A stretch of DNA of 64,000 bases from Patella caerulea (Eukaryota): NCBI GenBank assembly GCA_036850965.1, contig JAZGQO010000011.1, forward strand, positions 61,687,281 through 61,751,280. Direction: 5' to 3'. This document shows, piece after piece, positions 49,801-61,779 of this stretch. The notes under the pieces are model-generated. The model saw only the letters and a list, made by a program, of their open reading frames with translations. It did no database searches and had not been told where the DNA came from. How positions within the stretch are numbered: the first letter of the stretch is position 1; each line of letters starts with the position of its first letter. The translations under genes and the position numbers were made by a program.

Positions 49801-50359
49801 ATTGAAAGCGGGGTAATACAATCATATCAAATATAAAACTATTTACAATCCGTACACTTTAAAAAAAATATACTGTTACATTCAACATTATACAGAGGCT
49901 CTTGAAAACGTCGACATAACCATAGACTAAAATAAACCAAGCAGAATATAATCTTTCTAAAATGGCATATTGGTTGAAAAATGATTAAAAACAATCAATA
50001 TTAACAGAAATACTAGCTGTCTATCAACAAACATCGAGTACAAGATGGTATCTAGCCCACGTTTTTCTGTTGTTGATAAATTTAAAAAAAGGAAAATGGT
50101 TATTGACATTTTGAATTAATACCCCAGCAATAACCCATGAGTATCCCCAACTCCTTCCCTCCCCCAAACACAAAACCCCAAGACAACTTATATAGGCTCT
50201 TGCCCGTTGTTCTACCCGATTTATTTTATTGAATAAAATAATGTTCAAACTAAACTAATCAACACACAGCCTCGTAAACAATATGACCAGAAAGTGCTAC
50301 TGGATCTATTTTATGTCCCTGTAGAGGAGTAGGGTGACTGATCGATGTAACGTGTGCGC

Positions 50360-50500
50360 TTTTGGTCATTAGGTGTGTCTTTAAGGCCAATGCCGTGTGT
50401 TGATCCCGGTCTTATACGCGACAGGAGCGTGTCCAGCCACGTGGGTGTTCTCCGTGTCCTTCTTAAAGAGCCCTGCGGATAAGCTAATTATCTGAATAAG
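50360..50500 (+). mobile_element. Highly diverged SINE A2 relic.
   Basis: ggtcattaggtgtgtctttaaggccaatgccgtgtgttgatcccggtcttatacgcgacaggagcgtgtccagccacgtgggtgttctccgtgtcc...gagccctgcggataagctaattatctgaataag follows the A2 consensus with many substitutions. Confidence 0.4.
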
Positions 50501-53257
50501 AATATACCTCGCTCACAGAATACCTTCAAAACTTAAATTGAAAATAATATTAAAAAATTGGTTTCAAACGTGTATGTTATCAACCACAATATATATATAT
50601 ACGGCTAAACAATTAAAGGAAATAATTCTATACAAAATAACTATAAAAGTATCAAAGTTATAATATATCCCTTTTGTAATGACTTTGTTCCTAAGTCTAA
50701 CAAATATGACTTTCAAGTCCGTAATTCAAGGGGAACAACTCCTTTTAAGTGAGTCAATTTCTTTCGGGATCACCTCGTCATTGGCGCTAACAGTCGGTTC
50801 ATGTGCATTTGGTGTGTGGTGCGGTCCTCCTTCACTTTCTATAAAGAAAGTATTTTTTAAAGGGCAACTGATCCATGAAATTCAAAATAGCGCAAAATAA
50901 AACAAAATCAATAGAATATGATACAGAAAAATTCAGTAGCATGAAAATATAGATACACATTATAAAAAGCATTCTGACCGTCCTGACTGGACTACGTGAT
51001 TTTTGGGTGTGGTCTAAAAACTGCCTTCTTAAATAAGGATAAGAATTATGTCCCTTTATTTTCGGTAAAAATGTCCGACAAGAAAAAATTTGAATCCCCA
51101 TCACTGGTCAATACCTTTGGTAAACATGAATATATAGCTGTTATATTACGACTAAACAAAAGGGTAGGACAAGGGGTATGAAAAGCTGCACCAATTACCA
51201 TTAATAAAATAATATATCAAAAATACTGAAATATATTAAAATACCAATTTGTACAAAAAAAATATAGTAAGGGATTCAAAGTTACTCCCCTTATCAACAA
51301 TCAACAGTAAGGGATTCAAAGTTACTCCCCTTATCCACAATCAGACATTAAAGTATGCAAGTACAATCATAATATTTTATGAAAGAATGTACACACTGAA
51401 AATATACAAAATGAATATATAAATGTCAATTATATCCCTTTAGTTAAAACAATATGTTTCTATAACAATATTGTTTTAAATATAAAAATACCGAACCGCT
51501 CCAGGTCTTTGCACCGAGTTAAAGGGCAATTTTGGTGCCATTATCACATATGTCATAGAGCCCATTGCTATGTTTTCTATTTTGTGTGTCACTTCCGTTT
51601 TTCTTTCAAATCATAGTTATACATCTATCGTATCAATGATCTATGTGTTAAAAATACATTTGGAATGTGTTTAACCAATTCTATCACATATGAAATAATG
51701 GCTGACACCAGTATTGCCCTTTCAACAGTTCTATCACATTTATGATAATGGCTGGCACTAATATTGTCCGTTAAAACGGGCTATATTATGGCTATCTACA
51801 AACTTATTGAATCTTACAAATCACCACTTTTCCCAAATATAAGATATCTTAGATGTTTTTTTAAAAATTCATTTTCATACTAAACACTTAGTTTTATTAA
51901 AAGCTGAATAATGACAACAAATTATTCTGGCCAGCTTATATTACCTGCCATTTAAAAAAACCAAAAACCAAACAATAATAGCCCACATAGTTATCCATAT
52001 TAAGACTACAAGAGTTATCTCCGCTGTATATTTATAATCAGAACATGCGCATTAGGCAAGCTGTTCGTCATGTATTTTATACAGTACTATTTATGATGAA
52101 CTCTGTTTATTTTTAGTGAAGCCTGTACCATGACAGGCCCGGGACTGTAGAGCGCAGTGGACGCTTACGGCTGGCCCCCGGATCCATTCACTTGATTTGA
52201 TATTTTCCGCAGGTTAATCTTATAGGTTTTTGTTTTTCGTGTAGTGTGGCCCTCCTGCACTTAGTATTATAGTTAAAGATGTATCAGACTGAAACTGAAG
52301 ATCGTACTACATCTACTGTAATTTTGGATGTCACCGTAACCCGAAATGCAATTACATTAAACATTTTTTTAATGAAATGTCGCTACTGTGGCCTTAGACC
52401 TGACCAGAAACGGAAATAAAAATTACATTCCACAAAAGGAAGGTCTCTAATTAAAGTAAATTATCAAAAATATCTTCCTTTCAAAAGTTATATAGGGGGA
52501 GATAAGTCCGATGTCAACAGTTTAACTTCAACACTGCTGGCGATCAAAATCCCCGAAGGACTTACTTATATTGCAGTCCATTATCAAATTGAAGTCCATT
52601 ATCAAATTGAAGTTCAGTATAAATTATCAAAAAAGTATTTTCCTTTCAATATACAACCCACACAAGGTGAAATAGTCCTTTTTCAACAGTTTAACTTAAA
52701 CACTGTTTAGGATCAAAATCCGGGAAGAACTGTTGAATAGACTCAGCATTAAGTTCAATGACGTGATTAACATCTGTATCTGTACAGTGTTGATGATAAT
52801 TAGCGTAAATATTGTCAGTTAAACACATTATACCATTTAACAGATGCCTGCAAAACAAAACAACAGAGAATCAATCGGAGATATTTGGGGGAATGGGGAC
52901 CGTCGTAAAATTCCGTCCAAACGAATATCCTGAGTGAGGGGGTTGAACGACATCGTGGATAGAAAATGATAAATCATTTAAAAGGTCGGTTCCTTAGTCT
53001 TTAACCCGCATCAAAATCCAGCTCTGTCAACATGTTATTACCCTGTCGGTGCGGGTAGGCTGGTGGGTAGCGATCTATCGCGGGTTCTGCGTATGGACGA
53101 AAGTGTTGACATTTTGTGACCCCCCCCCCCTTAAGATAAATATTGTTGATTTTGCCCCGAATCCCTTGTCAAGAATTGTTGAAGTCTGGAATATACATGG
53201 TCGTATATCATGGCGTCCTCATAATTGCCATATGAGATGCAGAGAGAGTGAATGTGG

Positions 53258-53475
53258 TGTAACGCCCACTCGACGTAAACTAGGTCATTTCGTTAAATTG
53301 TAATTGTATTTCAATAATTCGCTTGCGCATAAGGTAGTGGGAGGTAACCGGAAGATCAAGAGAAAACCCGCGAAATTGGGCATGCGGCCCTACTCCTTGT
53401 CACGTACAACCGGAGAATCGAAACCACGCCAGTGACAAACCTTATGACACAGCTCGCACCAGCTAACCATTGAGT
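53258..53475 (-). mobile_element. SINE A2, reverse orientation.
   Basis: gtgtaacgcccactcgacgtaaactaggtcatttcg...caataattcgcttgcgcataagg...caaccggagaatcgaaaccacgccagtgacaaaccttatgacacagc. ORF 53049..53303(+) runs into it. Confidence 0.65.
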
Positions 53476-54405
53476 CATATATCCATGCAACACGAAAAGG
53501 AAGCTAAATATACCTTAATTGATGAACACCAATAGTAATAAACTTTTAGTAATATTTTTGTTGTATATGTATTTGACATAAAATATGGGGTCTATTTTGT
53601 GGGTTATGGTTCAATCTTACGATTCTAAATCTCTGAATGAAAAAAACCCACATGTTGTGCCCAACCGCCTCAAGGCTTAAGCACATGTTGATTTTACCTG
53701 GTGATTAAACAAGGGCTGAGAAAAACACTTAACCAGAATGTCCCACACCCACGTATTTATACTTACATGCATCTTGCTTTATTATTTTGTGTTCTCATAA
53801 TTTCCATGAAGAACGGTCGACAACTCGTCAAATACTGGAGAACGACAGCGTTATCTCGACATGGATTATAAACAACAGTAGAGTCTGAAAAAAGATGACA
53901 TAAATAATATTTTGTTTAGACACATACTGACCATAGCATGCTTACTTTCACAAGGGCAGTTGATCTTGGACATTTTTTGTAAGGTTCGGCATTCGGAACT
54001 GGCTTCTGGCGCTCAGCTGAGTGCTGTGAAAATTTTTCGGATAATTAAACCATCAACAAACCAAGACAAAAGTATTGATATCATTCAATCGTTCACTATA
54101 TCAACAGTTGCTGGGGCCACTGTACTAGAAGACGTTTAGATTATGAATGAAAAAATGGTAGTGGAAGTAGGTTTAAGTTTTATGGGAGGTGGAAGATGCT
54201 GGCAGAACGGAAGGAGTAGCTGATTTAACGACGCCATCTTCATTTGTGTATTATCGTCTGAACGAACGACCACATATATCTATCCACAAAAAAATGGGCA
54301 CCAAGAATATATCTGACGCATGTTATTGTTTTAATCTTCTAAATTAACACCACAAAACACCTTTTAAAGAAATATATAAGGAGCAAAACGGTCATTGACA
54401 CTTAC

Positions 54406-57405
54406 CTGTTGAGTTTGAAAGAGAAGCTGAAGGTTCATCTGCAGTTGTATTGGTATTGTTTGCACTGGTTTGAAGAATATCTGTGAATCCAGATCTATCG
54501 GCGTCTCTGGCATTATTGTCGATTTCTGCATCCGTCTGATTTGACAATGATCCTCGAGTTAACCGTGGAATCTCAGACTCATTCCAATTGCTGGTTGTAT
54601 TTAAGGATAAAGCAGGAGTCGATACGATAAACGACGAATCCTTTGATTTTAAATCAGTAGCTTCCTGGGAGTCGTTTATGGGAAGAAGAAGCTTGTTATT
54701 GGTGGATGTAAAATTTTGATCCGGCTTCACACGAGTGCCGTTTACGTCTGTGTTGATTGACAATGAAGGAACAATAGAATGAACAATAGGGTCAACCAGC
54801 TTGCTTTCATTGACGTTCGGCTTCAGAGAATCCTCTTGTGTGTTGTTAGGTCCTTTAAATGTATTGTTTACCACACTATTGAATTGAGCGTGGCTCATAT
54901 TCGAAGGATGAAGCCCGTGCATTAAATGATCTTTCTTATGCGCCTCGTCCTTGACCTTGATGACATGGGTTATTATACCTGGCTTGTGTACAAGAGGTGG
55001 GGGAGTGGCGATCTGCTTTCCACTTTTGGCAAAAGAATCTCTAGTCTCGGGAGCAACTACATCTGTGTGGTAAGCAGGAACATTGTCGCCAAGCATGGTA
55101 GATGGTGGTGGAAGAGGCATGTTGTTAGAGGGTCCCAACTCGGACTCGTGTTTCTCCGGATGAATGACATTCCTCGCCTGATGAAACTCTTTCCAGGACG
55201 CGGTGCCAGAAGCAGGTGGGTAGGGCATGAAATTAGACGGACCCAACCCAGAATTACCCCCAGTAGGATTCCCAGTCAAATCGGTTTGAATATCTCCTTC
55301 TCTTTCCCGGAGCTCCTTCATGTGACGCCCTTTATCAACTGGATCTTTCTTTGTTGGGGAATTTTGATCAGCAGGGGAATCACCCGAGTCTATGAATGGA
55401 GTATGACTGCCCCCCGCTGCTGCTGAAAGTTGCGGTTGGGTGGCCTTAGACATACTTTGTGCAATGTGGGCTATTTCTCTAGAGAGCATTTGTTGAAAAT
55501 GATGATCATTTAGATCTGGTTTGTATCTTTTGTGGGGTTGTTCAAAACGAGGGATGGAAAGGCCGGGAATAATAGCGTTATTGATTACATCACTGGAACT
55601 GATAGAAGACTTGTTCTTCTTGGATATATCGCTGGTATCTTGCGGCATGTCGTGAAATCTCTGGGGATGGATCCCATATTCCTCTTGATTTAGCTCATGC
55701 GTCAAATCATGTAACAAATCATGCTCCTCAATTTGATGATTTTCATGGCGTTCTTCCTCGACTTCGTCCCTATCTCGTCTATCCGGGTTTCCTCTTTGAG
55801 CGTCTGATACAAGTGCTGGACTGTCGACAAGGTTATTAATAGAGTTTTCATTATGCATAATTCCATCTGGATGGTAGGACTTGGTATGTTCTCCTTGTTC
55901 TTCAGTGTATGAATCTCCCAAATGGTCGTACTCCCCCGTAAAATGATTTACTGAAAGTGGTCGTTCCGGTTGTAGTTTATCTGCCACTTCTCCCGAACCC
56001 ATATCCCCGTCTTCGTCTCTAAGGATGCTGGTTTGTGTAGTGAACACCATGCTGAATGGCGTTTCAGGATAATGAAATCTTCGAAATTCCTGGGATCGCC
56101 TATGATAGGATTGATTATGCGATGAATATCCCCCTTCTGAATTCTCCCCGTCTACATAATCATGATTGACATGATTATTTCCACTATCGGTATGGAGTTC
56201 GATGGAACTATGGGGATCATAGTCCTCATAGGAATCGGGATCCTGCTCGGGGTCCGGACCATGATCAAAAATATTCATCCCATGGTGGTCTTTCGGTTGA
56301 CTTCCTGGAACATGATTGTATTCAGGGGCTTTCCAAATATCAGCATCTCCATCAAAATCTTCGAAATGCTTTGAGTGATAATCTCCTGTATGATGTTGTT
56401 GTTGAAAATCTTCAGATGAACTTGAATACGTTTCATGTGGTGGAATTGCATTATCACTGTCTTCAAAATCTTCTTTATCGGGAAAATGAAATGTATTCTC
56501 TTCTTTCAAGGTAATATTTCGTGGGTCCGGATCATCCGCTGAAAAGTCTGTAGCTCCAAATGAATTAAGCACTGGCGTCTCCAGGGCATCCGTATCATTT
56601 AAGTTTATTATTCGATCGGGAAAGTCTAACCGACCATCGAAAGCTGAAGAGTTGCCCAAAGATCCAGGAGCGGTATCATCTGCAACCCAAAGCGACGTTT
56701 CATTAGATAAATTTTGAACATTGAACATGTCGGTATCGTGATTGTGGACATTACCGTGATCGTCTTCATGGTCATATGTCTGGTTCATGGGATAAATTGG
56801 TGGAATGGTGTCAAAGGGCGATTCTTCGAATGATGCAGTATTCGCTACTGTTGAAGTTGGTACTTCTGTAGAGACAGTGACCGGTTGTGATATCGAACTT
56901 GTAAACGTTGTATTTATAGAGGGTTTAACTGGATTTAAATTTGTTTGCGGAATTTCCTCCCCAATGGGGGTAGGTGTAGATATAGGAGCGTGGGTAGATG
57001 ATGCACTACTGTCCGTTGCTGTAGAAGCTGCAAAAAATGACACCGTACTGGCGCCGGAAAACGCAGTACTGTTGGTATCTACAGTCGTGGTATTATATGA
57101 CGACGTTACTGTGGTTGATGCCACAGTAACGCTCGTTGCTGCAGTAGTTGTAGTAAATGATGCTTTTTTTGTAGATGAAAACGCTGTGGTTGACTCAGTG
57201 GTTGGCGAAGTGGCTGATGCAGGGTTCTGGGTGGCGGGGGATGTTGAGAGAGTAGGCGGAGTACCTGAAGATGGCAGAGTGACTGTGGTGGAAGATCGTG
57301 TTTCTGTTGTAAATGAAGGTAAAGCTATTGGTTCTGTGATAGTAGGAACAACTTCAGTTGGTATAGTTACAGACTTGGGAATATATTTAGTTCTTATTTT
57401 TGTTC
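54406..57405 (-). CDS. Large internal exon of about 3.0 kb from a gene encoding a cysteine-free, probably secreted, intrinsically disordered protein. The N-terminal part is Ser/Thr/Pro-rich and mucin-like. It is followed by a long acidic His/Asp/Glu/Tyr-rich region with many N-x-S/T sequons.
   Basis: The 910-aa ORF 54392..57124(-) stays open upstream past its first Met as far as a strong minus-strand acceptor, ttctttcctttgttccag|GAACAAAAATAAG. The AG sits at 57407-57406 and the intron is phase 1. The exon ends at a classic donor CAACAG|GTAAGTGTC, with the exon ending at 54406 and the donor phase 2. The terminal ...GKCQ* of the ORF is therefore intron read-through. Composition: roughly 200 aa of TTVTSSYNTTTVDTNSTAFSGASTVS-type low-complexity sequence. 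After that come stretches such as DHEDDHGNVHNHDTD and DHHGMNIFDHGPDPEQDPDSYEDYDPH. There are internal repeats (GLGPSNFMPYPPA / ELGPSNNMPLPPP) and a single Cys in about 1000 residues. The plus-strand ORFs 56805..57431 and 54926..55426 are its antisense shadows. Confidence 0.75.
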
Positions 57406-58326
57406 CTGGAACAAAGGAAAGAATGTATTAAATATAACAATAACTAACAATTGAGGATTCAAAACATCTATATTTAAGCGATAAACACTTCCTGTTTCGC
57501 ATTTAGAGGAGTGTTATTGTCCAATAGACATGTCCTGGGATCATTAGGACCCGAGACGCGTATCGACATTGTAACATGCTTTTTTACGATTTTAAAAGAC
57601 ATTACTAAAACAGAAGGGTGTTATTATCCAATAGACAGTGTCTAATTAACCAATCAAAACGCAAGGTTTACCCTGAAGCATGTTACAATGGTTAATTCCG
57701 CGTATCAATGGTGTTCTCATCAGGATTGTCTGGAAGCCAATTACTACCATCTTCGTGTTGTATACATGACGTATTCATCGATCACGAAACAACGTTGAAA
57801 TATCACCAGCACATGCGCGAACTTATTACGTTCACACAGGCCAAATTGACAACGCACACAAGCCAAATGAACAGCAACCATTCGCGAAATCTTATTGTCC
57901 ACTCTTACTTTGACTAGTTGTATACGGAGCCGCGCATTTTGTCCCGCGAACTTTTCCCGTTACTGACATTAGGGGGAATGGTTTTATATAGGCTAAGATT
58001 GTTCCCAAATCCCACTCAATTATCCTGAATAAATTATTGTTTAAACACAAATCAAATTGATCTGACATTTGTTTTAAATTGGTTATATTTAAGCTCCTGT
58101 GCTGATGGATTGTGTCGGTGACCTTTGACGCCTAGCTTATATCTACAAACCTGATGACACCGATTCTTGGTATCAAAGTCCAGAACCTCGCTTCCCTTGG
58201 TTATAAGTATGGCGGGTGCCGTGGACGAAAGCAGTGTATTATGGCAAAGCTTTCTAGAAATCTGATACCAATTCTCACTCGATTACTTCACATTGTTAAT
58301 AATTCTTAGTCTGGCTTTAAACTCAC

Positions 58327-58526
58327 CTTCTTCGTGTGAATCTTTGATCTGCAAACTTTTAAAATCAAAAACTATTTTAGACGCCGGCATATCGTTAGCC
58401 TTCAGCTTTTTAATCATCCGTTTCCTTTTGCCCAAACCTTCTAACATCATTCCCGCCAAAATGTCAGACGTCAAGCCTCGTCTTGAGTTTAACAGGATGA
58501 TGAAATCAACAACCACACTTCCAGGA
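58327..58526 (-). CDS. Candidate 200-bp upstream exon of the same minus-strand gene.
   Basis: The minus-strand frame is open across the segment. It is flanked by the acceptor ttgtttttacctag|TCCTGG (AG at 58528-58527) and the donor GAAG|GTGAGT (GT at 58326-58325). It encodes ...SPGSVVVDFIILLNSRRGLTSDILAGMMLEGLGKRKRMIKKLKANDMPASKIVFDFKSLQIKDSHEE. The donor leaves one nucleotide (phase 1), which matches the phase-1 acceptor of the big exon at 57406. The junction codon is g|ga = Gly. Confidence 0.45.
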
Positions 58527-59339
58527 CTAGGTAAAAACAACGAGAAAGATAGATTAGTTATATTTACTTGCCGGCTTCAAAAGTGGGGACAGGGGGCGGT
58601 ACCACACAAAAACAACAAGACAGGACATACAAAAACACGGTCATTGTAAGCAATAAAAATGACATAATATCAAATCAACTGAAGGGTTCCGGCGTTGTGT
58701 AAAAAAATAAGGTTTTTTTTTTTTAATCCATTGATATTTTTTTTTATATTGTTTTCTATAATTAAATGTTACATACTGAATTTGACTACATAATAGAGTT
58801 GATTAAGCCGTGAAAAATTTGATATTTAACGAAAGATGACACACAGAGACTCTAACAAGTAAATTGTCAGAGGTTTGGGAGTGTATAATATTTGCAAAAT
58901 CGCTGATCTTTTTTTTTATTCCCGAGGCAAAATGTGCAAATCATGACCAGCATCTTCAAAATTAGAGACAGTTTTACCTTAAATCTATGACGACTGTGTG
59001 ATTATATCTGTCCATAAGAGGTCCAAGTTCAAATACCTGATTTAACTATAAAATAGAATATAACATAAAAATATCATATCATATGCAATGAGTAAATTGA
59101 CACGTTTATGTTAAGGTACCAAAGGGCGGAACTTCAACTTTACAGGACCAAAAACCGTCGTACACCCATGACATTTGAAAATGCCGCTGTCGTGAAAAAA
59201 TTCCCAACCACACAATACACACGGAACCATATAGATTAAAATTACTATACATTTTTCCGGAGGCGTGTAGAGGTTTGGTGCTGCCCGGGAGCAACTCCTA
59301 CATTGTGCGCCCCAAACATTAAGTATAGGGCAGTGTACT

Positions 59340-59535
59340 CAGAAACAGGCGCGTGCCCCCTCTTTTATTTAGGTGGCGAACAATTTTTAGCTCCATATAT
59401 TACAATACTAGTATGAAATTAGTCCTTGTGCGCATTTTTTCAACTCAAAAATCACGGGCCGGGCTTCGCACACCCAAGTGGGTGCAGCACGCTCCCTCTC
59501 CCCCTTTCTGAAAATCCCGGATCCGCCCCTGAGAA
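59340..59535. repeat. Dispersed repeat family Y, copy 3, with an internal deletion.
   Basis: gcgcgtgccccctcttttatttaggtggcgaacaatttttagctccatatattacaatactagtatgaaattagtccttgtgcgcatttttt...ccccctttctgaaaatcccggatccgcccctgag. Confidence 0.5.
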
Positions 59536-61429
59536 ATGTGGTAATGGAAGGCGTTTCAAATATGTCAAAATAAACCAAGCATGGTAATTACCTCCCGTTC
59601 AATATGTTTTGATACAACTCTGTATAATTCACCAGCGTGGTTGCCTAAATCATTCGTCCATTTTAAACTCGTTATTCGGATTATGCCCTCAAAATCTACC
59701 GCTGTAACATAAAACAATAATAACTACAAAATCGTCGACAATACTGGTAGTAATAATTAATGTTCATTTTTCAGAAGTCCCCAACTCCACGAAAATGGAC
59801 TCTTTAACGCTTGATAAAAATATCTACATTAAGAGTGTTTAGCTCCCTGGTAGAACTTGATTGACACAAATTAGTTTTAAATGTTTCTGCAGTGATGATA
59901 AGGACGTGCAATGACAAAGGCTAGAATAAAGGCTGACAGGCAGTTAAGTCCACCTTTTATGAGCAGCTATTGGAAATAAACTGTAACGTTTACTTCATAT
60001 AACCCGGGCCTTTCAAAGGTTTAAAATGTGGAGGGCTAGATACTTTTACCCTACCGCCTCCTTTCCAACACTAGTAACATAAACATCACTCAGTCTGCTT
60101 ATATATGTTCTGGTGACATTGACCCATAGACTTATAGGCCTTTGGTTGACGCGATGGCTGCACCTCCCTCTCGTTAGGCATGCCTATAACTCGGAACGTT
60201 AATATGATTATGAGGTTTCAATCAAAGATGTTTTGATGGAATGTCAGAGTGAAAAAGTTGACAAAGATATCTACGGATGGGTATAGTCAAGGCAAATTAG
60301 GCAAATGAGCCAGACAGCCAATGGAGATATTTTATAACCGAAGTGATTTGGTAAATCAAGGAACATAACTCGACTATAGCTATTTACCTTCCTAATCAAA
60401 AATAAAAATATTGAATCCCTCGGATAGGATCAATATATTTGCTAAACGAGGTTATCTGGTGTTATGATGTTGGAACTTTGTTTCAGATGGGAAATGGCGT
60501 AACCCGGTAGGGTGGGGTGAGTAGGGTTTGATCACAAGTGCTCCATGCATCTGGGTAACACTTGCAAACTACGTTCTTTGTACTACATCACTGTCCCACC
60601 AACTCGTCTAATTAGTTATCATTTAGGCCAAGCCAATTTAATCTTTAGTTCTTCGAGATCTTGATAAACCACTTAGTCACGTGAAAAATATTGTAAGCCT
60701 AGGTCACAATCAGTCTACGGGGGAAATTTGAGCAACCCTGTGTGACACTTGCTTGCGTGTGTTCGATCATTAGATGATGGTAGACTGGCCGAGTTTTTGT
60801 CTGCACATACAAAATTTTCACCCGGTTTCTTGCGGCTGGTCTGCGAGCTATCAAACCCTTCGATCCGTGTGTCACAGATCACGTACGCGTGTTGTGGGCC
60901 AGGCGTTATTTAGAATTTCCCAAAACTTGAAAATGTGGAACTTAAATCTTCTGAGAAAAGCAACCAAGTATTTTTTAGACTATTGTTCTTACATAATAGG
61001 TGTTCTCGAAGAAACAAAAGTTCAATTTGATGTGGCCTTATTCTGAGTTTGCTACATAGGTTTGTTATAGTATAGGCTACTCACTTTGGACCTCGCTTGC
61101 AACATATTCTGATGACGTATCGACTGACGTACTTCCTGCAGGGACATGAACACCTTTCTTTACTGTAAATAGAATTCCATGTTAAATCGTGGACATACTT
61201 TTTGCATATACGCATTATAGCTAGCTCTCCTAATTAGCGTTTGACAGATGTTTAAGGCTTCGTTGTATGGCGGATTAATTTACATTTTTCGTCAAAGACC
61301 AAAGAGAGTTCACGTTAGTAGAACTGAACGTTTCAGCATTTATCGACGCAGTTTAAATTTTACAGGACGGAGATTCCGTGGAATTGTAAGATTAGGTTTC
61401 TTGCAGTTGATGACACTAGTAGTTTGCGT

Positions 61430-61760
61430 TGTTAGCATTTGACACTTTAGATTTTTAAAATTATTTGCATTTGACGTTATTAGCATTTTGATATAGACGG
61501 TTAGTTATTTGCATTTTACGTTATTAGCAGTTGACGTAGATGGTTAGTTATTTTGATTTGATGTAGATAGTTATTTGTATTTGACTTTATTAGCATTTGA
61601 CGTAGATGGTTAGTAACTTCCGTTTGACGTTATTAGGATTTAACATAGATGGCTAGTTACTTGCACATGAGGTTACTAGCATTTGATGTTATATACCATG
61701 AATTTACTAGGAATTGACGTTATTAGCATTGGCCGATATAAATAGTTCCTAGCATTTGAC
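61430..61760. repeat. Minisatellite with a unit of about 40 bp, ttagcatttgacgtagatggttagttatttgcatttgacgttat.
   Basis: About 8 units have alternating catttgacgt(t/a) submotifs. ORF 61248..61442(+) abuts it. Confidence 0.7.
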
Positions 61761-61779
61761 GTTAGGTATAGTGCCTGAA

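Noticed and set aside
54392-54405. C-terminal ...GKCQ plus stop codon of the 910-aa ORF
   Set aside because: The sequence CAG|GTAAGT shows this is intron read-through after a canonical donor at 54405/54406. The true protein continues in a downstream exon.
56805-57431. 208-aa Val-rich ORF on the + strand (and 166-aa ORF 54926..55426+, 70-aa ORF 56162..56374+)
   Set aside because: These are antisense to the large minus-strand exon. The Val/Ala/Gly richness is simply the reverse-complement reading of Ser/Thr/Asp codons. No splice signals or independent support.
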